Notes: generated from the sequence alone by a model not told the origin. Shown: positions 24,910 through 38,944, counted from the stretch's first letter. The stretch is DNA of 63,988 nucleotides from Hydrolagus affinis (GCA_012026655.1 JAAILG010001629.1:1-63988), one strand, 5' to 3'. Program-made: numbers and translations.

Positions 24910-26891
24910 CTGTGTACACATAAAAGGCAACGTCAGATGCTCTGAAAGATCAAATATCCATCTTCTTTGTATATGCAGTACTTTACTTGTATTACAAAAT
25001 AACTTCACTGTATAGTTATTTTAAAAATGCAATAACAAAATGCAATGTATAAACTTGTTTTTTTAAGTATTGGGCAAATTGTATTGTGATAAAATGTATG
25101 TTAAACTCAACAGATTAGCTCTCAGATTAATTCCTTCCTACTTTATCCAGAATCTGTTAAATTTTATTACTCCGATCATAGATTTTGTAAATCATTACTA
25201 TTTTAAGCAAAATCAGATTTCAAATCATAAAATGTACTCATAATGTTAGCTATTGTTGCTCCCTTTCCCAATTTCTGTTTTTTGAATTGGTAATTGCATA
25301 TTTTATGAAATCAGTCTTATCACACTCTATTTACAGGCAAATAAATTGGCATGTCGAATTGTTAGGTGAGGTAGGATTAGTGAGCCGTCTGTTGAGGAAT
25401 AGAACAATTGTGAAGCTTTGTCAAAAGTTCCATTAGGTCAAGAGATTTGTGAATCTTATCCGGTTACATGATGTTGAGCTGCGTCCTTGCCTTTTGGGGT
25501 TAGGGGAGACGATTTATTAGCTTTTCAAACAAACTTAAGAGTGCTTCATAAATCGTGTTTCAGAACCGTTCATGAAATCCCGTTGCTTTCTCTTTCACGT
25601 ACAGTTTCTCTCCCCCTTCTAATTCCTACAATATTATCAGTATAAAGGTCTCTGGTTCCCATACCCACCAGTCTTTGACCTTACTGAGTAAGACTGCGAT
25701 TTAGTGCAGATTTGGGATCGTTTTGTTTGATGCATGTACCCCCAATGAGCCAGACTGATTAGACTAAAGTGCTTTAAGGGCTCTAACAACTTCCAAAGAC
25801 TTTCATTGCATCAGTCTGGACTAGATTTCATACCTTCTCCCTCAGTGTGTGCTAATCCACTGATCGACTGGCCCTCGGAAATAATTTGTAGGATATTAAA
25901 AACGTAAGACCGATGCAAACTTAATTTCTGTCACAATAAAATGTTTGATATAAATTGACATTGTCAGCATTTGGGGCATCCAAAGACAAATTTGTTTTAC
26001 TGCAAAAGCAGCTGAGTTCAATTTCCATTTCAGTTTGCGATCAGGCACATAATTGAAGTTGAGAATCACCAATCTGGCTAAAATTATTAACATTTACATA
26101 AATTAGGTGAATTATCTGACTTTTTCTCAAAACAAGAAAAAAAACACAGCAGTCATTATTCCTCCACGGATGGATTCAATCAAATGAAAACACTTTGTCT
26201 ACATTCACTTTCTTATTGTAGCACTTTAGAAATTCGACTGAAATTAAAGTACGCCCCAAGTTCGGGCCAGAAAAACATGGTTTCATTCCATTTTCCTCAA
26301 TTCATTTCTAGTGCAGTATTACTTTAACAGTGACCTGCAAAAGTAGCCTTTCACAAGCAATATAATGAATGTTTCTCTGCATTTTAAAGCCACAAACCAC
26401 CATCCTTGCTAAAACAGCCAGCTGGCTAAAACTCTTTGTTGGTTTACTGCTGGTTTATGTAAGGAAGGATCATTCCAAAATATAGAATTTGAAAATGAGT
26501 TTCAGAATAAGCCTAGCAGCTGCTCTTCATACCAATTAATTAACAACAAGGAGGAATTTAATTTGCAAGACCTATTAGCTCGCTTGTTTCTGCACCTGAA
26601 TTTTGATTTGAGTTTAACACGCTTTAATCATTTTTTTAAAAAAAACAAGATTAAATGAATGAAATATTGCATAACGGCATCACAGAGAATCTAATTTTAT
26701 TCAGTGAAATGTTTTTGGCAGTTACAATTCCAATTATTTTTTAAATTGAGCAATGGGATGAAGGCCCGTGGTAAAAATACACCAAAGCACATGAGTCAAA
26801 AGGAGTAGCAAATTTTTGCAAAGGGAGGGTGGGGGGCAGTGGTGGGGAAGGATTGCATTATGTTGAACACCCTTGCTTGCCCTTCACTCAC

Positions 26892-26958
26892 CATCAAATG
26901 CAGTTTGTCCTCAAGTTCCTGGTTAATTCTCTGCATTGCTGCATGGCTGTTTTGTACC
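26892..26958 (-). CDS. BEGAIN: BEGAIN coiled-coil exon (67 nt)
   Basis: ctttag|GGTACAA...ATG|gtgagt; (R)VQNSHAAMQRINQELEDKLHLM. Confidence 0.93.
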
Positions 26959-27390
26959 CTAAAGCAGACCAACATAACATGATGGCGTTAACTGGGAAGG
27001 AAAGGCTTACTTCATTGTATCTTCATGCCTATATTGCAGTAGCCCAGATGCAGCCTGGCCGAAATATTGCACAGTCTCAGCCTGATTTGGAGTTCCAAAC
27101 TCAACTGATTTGATCATGTAGGGCAGGTTTCTGCTTGCTTTGGTTATTACTGTACTGTCCCAGCTGAGTGATGAGTTAACTAACATCCCTAGATATCTTT
27201 CAACTTCCCTTGGTTATTCCAAACCAGGGGGATCATAGGGAGTATAAATCTTGATTTTTTTTAAAAAAAACACACACACACACACGTCTCTTATTGTTTT
27301 GACAAATACTGTAGTCATTAAAGTGTTTTGCAGACATTACATGACAGAAATGTTTGCAATCTACAAACTTAATAATATAAATAAATAATA

Positions 27391-27714
27391 TAATAATAAT
27401 CCTTGCATTTGATGTAGCGCTTTTCACATCTTATTGCCATCTCAAAGCGCTTCACAGAATATACTGTAAAGTGAATTGACTGTATATTTGTGGTTGAAAC
27501 CCGGCAGCCAATTGTGCACAGCAGTGTCCCACAAACAGTCATGGGTTGAAATGACCAATTTGTATTATTGTATTTTTTTTGTCGGACGGATTATTATTAA
27601 GCGTGTGTGTGGAGTAAGGAAACTTGCCCAAGTTTCGCCCTGACCTGCCTGGATTCGAACACAGGTCTCACGCTTGTAAGGCGAGTGCTCTAACCACTGA
27701 GCTACAGGAGCTCC
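27391..27714 (-). mobile_element. Full-length SINE (TAC-loop type)
   Basis: Head nearly identical to the 44468 copy. Confidence 0.93.
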
Positions 27715-27888
27715 AAGAAGGATTGAAGGCTCAGGCATGAACCATTTAAAGTTTTTTTTAGGTAATGATGGCTATTATAATCTCAAGGTAATGGCATCGA
27801 AGAGACAAATAGCATTGTCATTTCGCTGCTATTATTTGTAGAATTGATGTGACGGTTGTTTCACTCCCCCTCTCCACCCAAAACTAAC

Positions 27889-28050
27889 CTTTGTAGCTTT
27901 TCGGTCAGTTTGATCACCTCTTCCTGAGTCCTGCTCAGCTCCTTCTGCAGGAACTGCTTTGCTGCCTCAAATTCCGATTCCTGCAACTCCAGAGTGTGCG
28001 CAGTGTAAGACAACCTTTTCTGCAGGTTGTCATTCTGTTCTTGCAGAGAA
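27889..28050 (-). CDS. BEGAIN: BEGAIN coiled-coil exon (162 nt)
   Basis: tttcag|TTCTCTG...AAAG|gttagt; SLQEQNDNLQKRLSYTAHTLE...EEVIKLTEKLQR. Confidence 0.93.
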
Positions 28051-28825
28051 CTGAAACAAAATGTATTTGTGATCATTTTATAGTTGGTTTTCTCTTCCGT
28101 ATATACATATTTGCAATTACATATTACATAAGCATATGGCGTTTCACAATACACGTTTCCATTACACATTCTTATGCGATTCCAGGTCATTTGTCTTACA
28201 AGTCGGATTTACCAGACATACAGACCAGATACACGTTTCATTATGAAAGCAACGGAAAAAAAACACTCATGGGCTCATGATCCGCGGTTATTTAAAACAT
28301 CCTTCCATCAACTAAACACCATGAATGTCCTTCTCGAAGACTGCCAACAGGATATCAAAGTTCAAGTAGACAAAGAAATCTGATCGTGTTATGGAAAAGG
28401 CAGTGAGGCTTGCAAACTGTTGTGATGAGGATACCTTATTAAAACTAAAGATCTCACAGCACTTATGATAACAAACACAACAGATTGTACCCCTGTTATC
28501 CAGATTCCAAACAATAGAAAAGTGATGATAAATGGATGTTTCAGGAATGCGTTCCCCAGTGACATTGATGGATGCTGTGGCGTTCAGTAAGCAGCGTTAG
28601 TAATCTGGGCATTGGGAAATGAGTTCCCTGCTGACATAAATCATACCCTGTTTTTACACTTAGATAATGCTTGTATTGATCATTCATTCTTTGCGAATCC
28701 AGGTACGCATGATTGCGCACCTTCCCATCTTACTGAAATACAAATTTGTTGGGAATGAATTGGAATGAATGATATTCTGCATTGCTCGTATTGAAAATGG
28801 AATGTTAACACTGTGCAATCATGCA

Positions 28826-29250
28826 AACAACAACAACAACCAATTACATTTTTATAGCGCCTTTCACATCGGGAGGATGTCTCAAGCCAAGGATTCGCAC
28901 CCGAGCTGGGGTTGGGATTAGGAAGGTTGGAAGGCAGGGAGATTAGGTTTAGGAGTGTGACCAAAAACACAGTCAAAGGGAAGGTCTTGAGATGGGCCTT
29001 GAAGGAGGCAAGGGAAGGAGCAAGGCGGATGTGAAATGCAGACCAACATAACATCATGGCCCTCTGCTCACTCAGCAGAAGACAGGTTGGTCTCAGAGCT
29101 AGGGCGGAGCAAGACCATGGAAGGCTTTAAAATTGGGGACGAGGATCTCAAACTTGATCCTCGGTCAGATGGAAATCCAGTGAAGCTGGACGAGGGAGAG
29201 GGTGATCGATTCATGGAGCTTACTTTGGGAGGGAACATGAGCTGCAGTTT
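28826..29250 (-). mobile_element. L2 3' fragment
   Basis: (CAA)n tail, stem-loop and SLASFKAHLKTF translation. Confidence 0.87.
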
Positions 29251-29451
29251 TAGCTTGTTTCACTTAATTGGATTTCATTCTTTATTAAACTGACAATAAG
29301 ACGAAGCGTGGAATCTTTCCAATATAAAATAATGGCCTGTGGATATAGCATATAATTAACAAATGGTGTGAAACTCTATCATTTGTGGATGGATGTTCTC
29401 TCTTTGTACTGTATTTAAAATTGTCAAAATGTAGAGTTTGGTTACACTGAC

Positions 29452-29480
29452 CTGATTCTCTCCACTTCTTCAACTGAGAG
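29452..29480 (-). CDS. BEGAIN: BEGAIN 29-nt micro-exon
   Basis: ccttcag|CTCTCAGTTGAAGAAGTGGAGAGAATCAG|gtcagt gives LSVEEVERI(S); it supplies the phase 0 to 2 bridge the flanking exons need and aligns with mammalian ASAADMEKLS. Confidence 0.85.
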
Positions 29481-29749
29481 CTGAAGGAAGTTAAATGGAC
29501 AACATTAAAGGAGAAGATCAAAGAAGTTTCAGCACCTCTACAGCTTCAATACGTTCATCTATTACAGCAAAATAATGTTTGTATATTGCCAGGGGCAATG
29601 CAGACATTAGCAGAAAATCTTAATTGCTGCAACACAGCTTAATAAATCATAAGACTGAACTACACACTACAGTATTATTATAAACACATTTAGAGACTCC
29701 CAACATTTGCATATCATTATACGTACTGTACAAACAACTGTTGAACAAT

Positions 29750-30044
29750 GATAATAATTATCTTTGCATTTGATATAGCATTTTTCACATCTTATTGACA
29801 TCTCAAAGTGAATTGACTGTATATTAGTAGGCGGAACGCAGCAGCCACTTGCGCACAGCAGTGTCCCACAAACAGTCAAGGGTTAAAATGACCAATTTTT
29901 ATTATTGAGGTTTTTTTTGACTGATTATTATTAGGTGTGTGGAGTAGGGAAACTTGCCCAAGGTTTCGCCCTGACCTGCCTGAATTTGAACACAGGTCTC
30001 ATGCTTATAAGGCGAGTGCTCCAACCACTGAGCTACAGGAGCTC
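29750..30044 (-). mobile_element. Full-length SINE with a small internal deletion
   Basis: Head, body and tail present. Confidence 0.92.
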
Positions 30045-30171
30045 TATGATCAGTTGAAACCAAAGCTATTCTTTGAGCAAGGATAACAGCAATGTTTATG
30101 AGCTAGGGCTCGCAATAAATTGTTCCCGTTAACTGGCAAAAATATGAAACGGGTACAAGAAGAAAACTTAC

Positions 30172-31086
30172 CATACTATTACTTCTGGGTAGAGAGGAAG
30201 ATCTGCATTTCGAGAAAGATGTTCTCGGAGATGCCATTTGCAATGTGGGAGTCAACGGCCTTGTTATTTTTAATTTCTTCAACGTTTGGTGCTCCGTGTA
30301 GTTGGTAGCATTTTGAACAACGCAGACTGAATTTTCCAGTGGTCCCCCTTCAGTGTCTTCGCTCCTGACACTGTCTATATCGGTTTCAAGATAGGCTTTT
30401 CCTGCACTATCCAGTTGATGGGAAAAACTCTGTACCTTCTGAATCTTCTGATGCTCCCCCAAAAATGTATCAATCAGGGGCGGTTCACAATCTATGGGTT
30501 CCTGAACTCCAAATGCCTTCAGGCTCAACGGATTCAAAACTTGGACTGTCACTTCGTCAATAAACTCGGAAAATTTCAGTTTCGCTTTTATTTTCTCCTC
30601 CACTAAACTAGAGGATATCGTAGAGCCGTAGCTCACAAAACTGAGGTCCGATTGGGAGGTCTCGAGCCTCTTTGGCTTCTCCCTTTGGCAATTTCGTAAT
30701 TTACCGCCTCTGCTTTTGGCTTTTCCCGGATGCAAATAACGCCAACCAGCATAGCTCTTTTCGCCTTTTGTGGACCTGCGCTTCAGTTGATTCGAGTCAG
30801 GAACTGAACCCTGAGCTTTTGATGAGCCTTTAATGGTGAGGTCAAAGCTATCTTCGCTGGAGCTGCACGGGGTTTCATGCTTGTCCTTTTCCGACAGGAA
30901 CGACAAGCTCCTGTGGAAATGCAAGATGCTCTCCCTGTCACTGCCTCCGTCAGAGTGCGGATAACAGGAGGAGGAATTCGAGGAGTACAAGGGACGCTTT
31001 TCTCCACTCTCTTTCATCCTGTGCTTCAAATGCCTGAAATGGGGATAGATTTCAGTCCTGGTAAAGTTGATGGACTTACCCTGCAT
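30172..31086 (-). CDS. BEGAIN: Probable long first coding exon of BEGAIN (305 codons)
   Basis: Uninterrupted ORF; ATG in GCCAAAATG context with an in-frame upstream TGA at 31120-31122; perfect donor ATG|gtaagt, in phase with the micro-exon. Confidence 0.8.
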
Positions 31087-33446
31087 TTTGGCGTATCTGC
31101 AGCTAAATCTGTCGTCGTTTCAATTGATTCTGGTTTAAAGGGCCGTCAACATTCATTCATTCGTCAGCAAGCATTCATCCAATCACACATCAACATTGGA
31201 GATGTTGGACTGGTGTGCCGCTTGTGTGTGTTGCTATTTGCTTCTGTTTCTGGGACACTCAATAAAATACAATTTTAAAAAAAAATGCCTGAACTTCGAC
31301 CTTCAAGCGAAACCCAGTTCAATTCCAGCTGAGCATACATTTGAGATCCATTTTAAAAACAAGCCCACACTCAATGGAAGTACCACACCAGGACAGGTTA
31401 GTCAGGACACTGCACGTCCGGATTAGAGACTTCACATTAAATTGATCAAAAAGCGGTCACACAATGTTTTAATGACTGGTGAAGGTGAAGCTCAAACCCA
31501 GTCGATATAAATCAATTTTAAAATATTTAAATTATAGATTTGCAGTGCCCTAATTTGTGGGCTGTCATTGAATCTGACAAGATGTCCCTTTGGACCCATA
31601 TCAATATTACAGCTCCACATTTCCATCAGAAAGTCATTTAAAACTCCATTAGTCTTGTGACGAGCAAAGAAATTAATGCTATGCAACAGAAGCTGATACA
31701 ATTACAAACCTGAAACACACTCAATTCAGAAGAAGGTTTGCCAATTTAATCCTAATTGTTGAAAGTAAAAGGTGCCTTTTACCATAAAAGGTAGATGAGG
31801 ATGAAATTGTTCAAATCTATAATAATATATTGTATGTAAGAGGATATCGACTGATCATTGACCGAATACAGAAATATTTAACAGGTGAATAACAATCCTT
31901 GCATTTGATACAGCATCCTTCACGTTAGTAAACTGCATCAAAATGCCCGACTGTACACCTGGAAGGCTCTCAATTTGAGTGTTAATTGTGACATTTTATA
32001 CCCAACATCTTTTGGATGTTTGCACATTCCCAGTATTTAATCGATGAAAAGGGTTTCTTCAAACATCGCAGAAGTGAGAGGAGTGAGCAAAATGCTACGC
32101 TGAAAGCAGTCAAATGTGTCCATACTTTGGTAAACATGTGTGACAGGAAGATTAATGTGAACCACCAATGTGTCAAATGAATGAAAGAAGCTCAGTAAAA
32201 TGTTGGCACAGTCAGTCATTGTTTAAGTGAGACCCCCCCCAAAAAAAAACATGTGAGTCACGATGCTGACAAAGTTCTGAAAATATGAATCCTTACTGTG
32301 TACAGTAATACCTCGCATTCAGTCATCGCCAGGCATAACACGATTATATCTTGAGCAAGGTCATCAGTGAGGCAAAAGTAATTGGCAGAAACCTTTTCTG
32401 CAACATTTTATTCTACATGTACTGTCTCATCAAACAGAGTTAACATAAACAATCACATTCAATTTATGTACACTATCTTGTACAAGTGATTTGTAAATCT
32501 TATGCATTGAGGACAATGGGGCGTGGAGATATCCACACGAGCACAGTATCCAATTCAGATAGCAATTAGAGTGATAATCCTGACTGATCCAAAGGCACTG
32601 GCTTCAGTACTGTGGAATTCCTTACCTTGCCTTCCTCAAATAATTTACAGACACTTGAAGCCTAAGGTAGTTGGCACCTAACCGCAGTTTAATTTATTTC
32701 ACTCTCCTGGTCTTTTGAACCTTGGAGAGTGCCCTGCATTGTGGATCTCAGCCATTCACTACGCTTTCTCAATGATTCTTTTAAATAAATAATCTCTTTC
32801 TACTCCACTGCAAGGCGACCAGATGTTAATGGAAGTAGAATATAACATCATTGCTAAAAAGCTTGGTTGTTAGCCTTACACGGGCACCATTGCTAAGCGT
32901 GAAAATACAGCAAGCCAGGGAGAGTATCCTTTGCAATACTGATGAGAATGGGGAGTGCAGATGGACTTTCTAATGATCTCTTCTGAGATGCCATTGTTTG
33001 TTCACATGGGATTGCAGCTAACTTTGAGATATTTACAAATATTATATGGTGCTGTGCTCTGGTATTTTTAATCCACCTAAGCTAAATCGGAACACAGTTA
33101 TTGTTTTTTTCTATCTTTGAAAAAAATCTTTCATTAAAACCAGTCTGTATTATTATTATTATTATTATTTGGCAACAGTTATAAATCCATCACTCATCCA
33201 TCTGTTATCCCGAGGGGAAAATGCACACTCTAGAATAAATGGTTCAGTGAAAAGCAAGGCAATCAATGAGCGATCAATACTCAAGCAATCCTGTTTACCA
33301 ATGGAATTATGATGTGATATTATTTGTTTTAGATGTTTTTATCCTTACTTGAAGGCTCATATAGGTGCAATTTGTTGCTTTAGCTATTAGAAAATAAAGG
33401 TATACCAAATTATACCAATATGTTTATTTTAGAAACCACAGCTGGT

Positions 33447-33470
33447 TAGTCAGTCAGTCAGTCAGTCAGT
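33447..33470. repeat. (AGTC)n microsatellite
   Basis: Directly visible. Confidence 0.9.
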
Positions 33471-36400
33471 TACTAGTTAATATCATTAAGTCAATAATGT
33501 CCTGTGATTTACGCCTGACCTTTTATGTGCGTTCTAACAGTTACTTCTGAAGTCAGATTCAGTCAAATGGCTTGCAAAAATATCCAGGTAATGGAATTAT
33601 GGGTTCTGTCAATGAAAGCATAACAGGACATTAACTGTTGATTGCAAGGCAATCTGTGATTGGCATCTCATTACTAACCAACCTTGTTGCTGTTCTAATT
33701 CAAAGATGTCGCCTTCAATGTGCAGTTCACCGTTAGTCAGTTTTGAAGCCTACAACACAATTTTTTTAAAAACATGAGGATACTTACTATTAGGTATTTT
33801 CTCTTAGAATATATGACGTGCCCAATTTTTCCTGTGCTTCTGTCAACTATTAGAATATGTGGGTGCTGTTATTGTGTGCAGTAAGTATCAGATACATTTC
33901 ATGTATCTTGTTAATTCCCAACAGTATAATACTAACTGACAATTCTTCTGTGTCCTGGCTCATCGAAAAAATCAAGTGATTCAAAGGGCTAATATGTAAT
34001 TTTGATGAAGACAACACACAGGGACATAAGCCTAATTTAAATAACTGCAATTGCTTCTTTAGCTGTTCGACATGCAGATAGGCTGTTTTAATGAGCAGTT
34101 GCTACATCTCATTTCAGTGGTAGCAACAAAAAAGCTTGAGTATTTCGTGAACTAACTTACAATCAAGTCATGTGCCTTCGATAATTGGATATGTGTCATA
34201 TCTTTTCACTGCAATCATTCACCAGAGCAAAGCTTCTCCAGTCTCCGATTTCGATCTCAAACCAAGAATTTGTAAATACTAAAATGTCAACATATGTTCA
34301 ATGATGTTTATATCGATTCACTTTATTAGGTCTGTCCTAATTTAGGTATTGCAGGAGATGGCTGATTTAGTGGTACATCATCTCATCATTTTAAAGGTCA
34401 TGTTTATTTTGTCTCTTTTTTTTAAAAAAAGTTGACATTTAATAGCCCTTTATTTTTTTTTCAATGGATTGTGGTTAGTGCCCTTTGCAGCGCTACCAAA
34501 GTAAATTCTAACCGCATTGTGTTAAAAGATTTCATTACAGAACCTAAAATAATTGCCTCCTTCCAGATTCCTCTATGGGAACGCTAATTATTTATGATGG
34601 TTTAAGCAATTGTGAGAAAAAGATCCATTGAGTATATTCGAACCTTACTCATTGGTGCATATTCATCTTTTGCCACTGTTTTTTAAGAAGATCTTATTTT
34701 ACGATGCTTATTTCAAAGAGATTATAATAAACCTGACAACTGTGTTTTGAAATAAGATCACATTAATGCCATATATGGCATTAGAAGTGCCATCTATGTT
34801 GGAATAGATACTCAAACATTCTGCAGTGATAGCCATACATTTTATTCATTGACTTTTTGCTCTAGTACTGTCTTTCCAGCGCCTTGGGCGCAAGGCGCTA
34901 TATAAATGTAATTTTGCTGTTGTTGTAGTTTTTTTGTTGTAATTTTGATACTCTATTCAGAAGAGGTTGTTGAATAATTTAAAAAGGTTTTCTGTGTTTG
35001 GCATTTCTTTTTTTTTTCCGTTTGATCGGATTGTGTTAACAGTGACCATCTAATATCCAGGGAAACATGGAGTGAAAATTAAGAGATTCAACTGCTAATA
35101 GGATACTCCAACAACAGTTCAATAAGTATTCAAACTTTCAGGATTTCAATCTGGCAAGTTATTAAGAACTTTAGCTTCTGTGGGATTGGCATCAGGGAGA
35201 TGCCTCCTGTATAATAGATGCATTAAGAAATGGAAAGGGAATTTAAATTATACATTAAATGGGACTCGCTCAATACAAAAAATTAATTGGAAGAAGTCAG
35301 AGTTAATGCGACTATCAATATGCTGCGTCAGATCACTGGTGGATTTGGTTCACAGCTGAATCAAAGAGCAATTTTTCTCCAGAGTGTAGGAAAATGTGCT
35401 TGAAAGGTGAACTGAATAATATTATAGATTGAGGAAGAGGAAGCTACAACTCAACAACCTAACCATGAAATTATCCATCTGCTTCAACTCTTGCCTTTAA
35501 GGATGACCCTTTTCCCAGAGATAGCCTAGATAGGACTCTGTATTCTCACAAACAACAGGCGTGTCTGCCTTTTCACTGAACAAAAAAGGTTCAGCACAGA
35601 CTATCCAACTCACCCGCCACCGAAGTTCACATCCACCTCAAAGATGGAAGACCAATGTTACAATCCCAACTTCGTGGATCACATTGAGACCAATGTTATG
35701 AAGATATCTTTAGCACGTTTTATGTGCTGTTAACGTTTCCCTATTATGTTTAAGACAGATGTGTACAAAAGGCTGATTCAACCATTAAGTATGGAGCACT
35801 TATTTTGTTAATCGATTTCAGCCTGTAGTCTTGATGTACTGTTACTGTATTCCCCATCCACTCCGGGATATAACCCAAAGTTAACACAACATAGTTCTTA
35901 AATATAATCTCTTAAATATTAAGTGTTTGAACTATACTCTGTCAGGTGTTGTCAAGGTGTAAAACTAGTGAAATCATTATGTTAATCTTAAATCGAAGCA
36001 CTGCTCAAACACTGGTAAAAAATGCTTTAGAAGTCCCTATTATCTGTAAATACACACTTTAAATGATAACAATATATCAAATCAATGACAATCTCGAGAA
36101 CAACTGTATCACGTTTACACCAAGTACCAAACCAAAATGAATAGAGTATTCTTGAAACTTGCTATTACATTGGCAAGCAGAAACATCAACTGAATGTCAC
36201 AGCTGACTAAACTCTCAATTACAAGCAAGTATTTCCTGCCTAATGCACTCACTCAGCAAGAGAGAAATTAGCAGTAAATTGCTTTGGAATTACAAAGTAC
36301 CTATCCCGATCTCTATTGTTCGTATTGCTGAGATATGCATGGCGAAATGAAAAATTAAATCATTTTCAGTACAATAGATCCAATTTTCCATCAAACATGA

Positions 36401-37049
36401 ACGAGCCCGAAAACTACAGTAGCAGGGGTTTGAAAAGCACAATGGCAGCTACCCCCAAACTTCTGATAGCAGCTCAGTGAGCCTCCCTCTCAGCATGTTA
36501 GATATGAAAGCAGTACTCGCGAGTGTAATGACATTGGCACCAATATTTCACTGCAGGTGAATTATGGCTTTTGCAATTTTCCACAAGTACATTGTGCATC
36601 TCCAGCAAAATATTACAGTTTTATTTTTAAACAGGGTTGTTATCTGAAACTTGAAAAATGACATCAGATTGTGAATCTGCTGCAGAACCACGTTGGTGTG
36701 CTTTAGTTTCCTTTCCTTGGCCACCACGACCTTGCCAAGGAATCAAGCGAATCGATATACTGAAGAACTGTATTCGCGCGTATATAAAGCAGCCAACAAA
36801 TAGAGGACACAGGACAGACGAGTGTTCTAAAACATCAATAACCGGCTACAGTACTTAGTGCATTATTATGCAATTTTATCAAAAAAAAGTATCTGCTAAT
36901 ACAAAACTGCATTGGATTTCCATTCAATAATCACGACTGGGCACATCAATAATCTTAGCTTTTGCTGAAGCGCCGCATGATTTAACACTGCTATCCATGT
37001 TCTTTTTCAAATCACTGTAATGGAGAAGGGATAATTAATAATAATATAG

Positions 37050-37225
37050 CAATAAAAATCCTTCCATTTGATATAGTGCCCTACCACATCTTCAAGACGT
37101 CTCAAGGCGATTCACATAAAATACTGTAAAGTGAATTGACTGTATATTTTGCTGGCTAAACACAGCAGCCAGTTGCACACAATAGTGTCCCACAAACAGT
37201 TCTGGATCGAGTGACCAAATTACTT
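37050..37225 (-). mobile_element. SINE 3' half
   Basis: Shared body and tail. Confidence 0.85.
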
Positions 37226-38944
37226 TCTATTTATTTTGTTGAAATTATTACCTCTGGAAAAGTGATAAATGTATCAGAAGCTAAATACCTGTACATTCAT
37301 ATTACTCTACATTTATTTACCATTGAGGATACATCAATCTGCCCGAAGCTCCTTTATACAGATTTAGAAATTGCAAAACTGTATTAAAAATTTTTTTTTT
37401 TAAAAAGCGGTTGCTTTTAAACTAGTATTTATTTTAACGCGATTGCTTTGTCTAAGTAAGCCTTGCTATGAACTGTTGCTCAGTGAAGTTCTTCCAAGAA
37501 TCAGATCAGTTGACATATCATTTCAGCCAATCCATGGTAAATCAAAAGATTTATTGCTTTGGAGTGGATAAAGTAAGAAACCTTATCCTTTTCTCCCGAG
37601 CTATCATTCACATTGATTGGAACACTGAAAGGGGCCAACAGAAAGGTACAATCCATTTAAATACGCATAAGATTTAGGTTGGAGGAGTACAGGTTTAATT
37701 GTCAACATGAACCCATATTCCTTGTGTCACTAAATTAATATAATGGTAGCATCTTGCTCCACAAAATACTACACTCTGTGCCCTAATGGGAATTCTTGTT
37801 GTAATCGCAGAATAGAAAATAATTCACTGGAGCTATAACAAAGGGCTTGTGTTGACGGCCAATTTTTCTTCCGACATTCAACGTCTTAAGGACACTGATC
37901 AGAGACCGTGTCAAATGCAATCATTATCAATATTGTAAATACACGGCAAGCTGAAGTTGTAAATTGACATAGAAATTGAGTCTGACAATCCTGTCATGTC
38001 TTCTCAAAACAGCCCGGCACATAATCATGAAAACAGGAAGCCATTTGCTCATTATTCATATGGAACAGCAATCTCTTTGAACTCTGTGAAGATCATCTCA
38101 TGGTGAATGATAGCTACATTAACACTTGTTCACACTTCTAATGATACGATGCTGTTAAGGATATGATGTAATACAGTATTTTGCTGGAAACTAGACAAGG
38201 CAGTGACCCACTTTCTCTGAGCAACCTGAGAAAATGTCATTGGGCAACTTTCAAATGCTGTTTGGTATTCAAGCACCATTGTTTAACCTGTCAGCGTACA
38301 AAACAGTAGAAAAAGATAGATGAATGCCTAACTTTGCTCGCTAGGTATATCTCAGAGCCAGTTTAGTTACAGGAAACCCTGTTTAGAATTTCCCCATTTC
38401 TCCAGGAAGATTCCTGCCCAGGCACAGATTTTTTTGGGGGACATGGGAACCATTTCATTGACCTTGAAAATGTCAAGGGCTGAACGAACCCAGAATAAAA
38501 TGTAAACCCAAACTTTGCAGCCTTAGTTTGGTGACTCGGTCCACTACCTGGGATGTTGTATGGTATGAAGCACTCCGCTCTGTACATTTAATCTGTTGAC
38601 AGAGTAAGCTACTGAATTAGCACCCCGTACTGAAACATGACTAGGGATGATTAGACTTTGCTGGGACCTGGTCAGAGAAGCAATTTTTCCCAGAAACCAT
38701 AATCTCAGGTTGGCTGAGATCTGATGAAATTCATCAAACCCAATCAAGCCTTAAACGTTGAACAATCACTCATTATACTGTACTATCATTTTGCTTCAGT
38801 GTTAATTTTTTTTCCTGTGTACGAGAGACTTAGCACTTAGTCCCAACTAAAGGATGTAGTTTCTTCTCAGCTTTTCTGTTCGAGATGCTTTTCTGTGGGA
38901 AATTATATAGTTTGTAGATTTATATTTGCACATTCGCCTTAGTC

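Noticed and set aside
30877-31278. 133-aa ORF antisense to BEGAIN exon 1
   Set aside because: No recognisable motifs or splice support; a shadow of the coding strand.
32615-32640. Minus-strand donor AAG|GTAAGG as an upstream BEGAIN exon
   Set aside because: A single motif with no other support.
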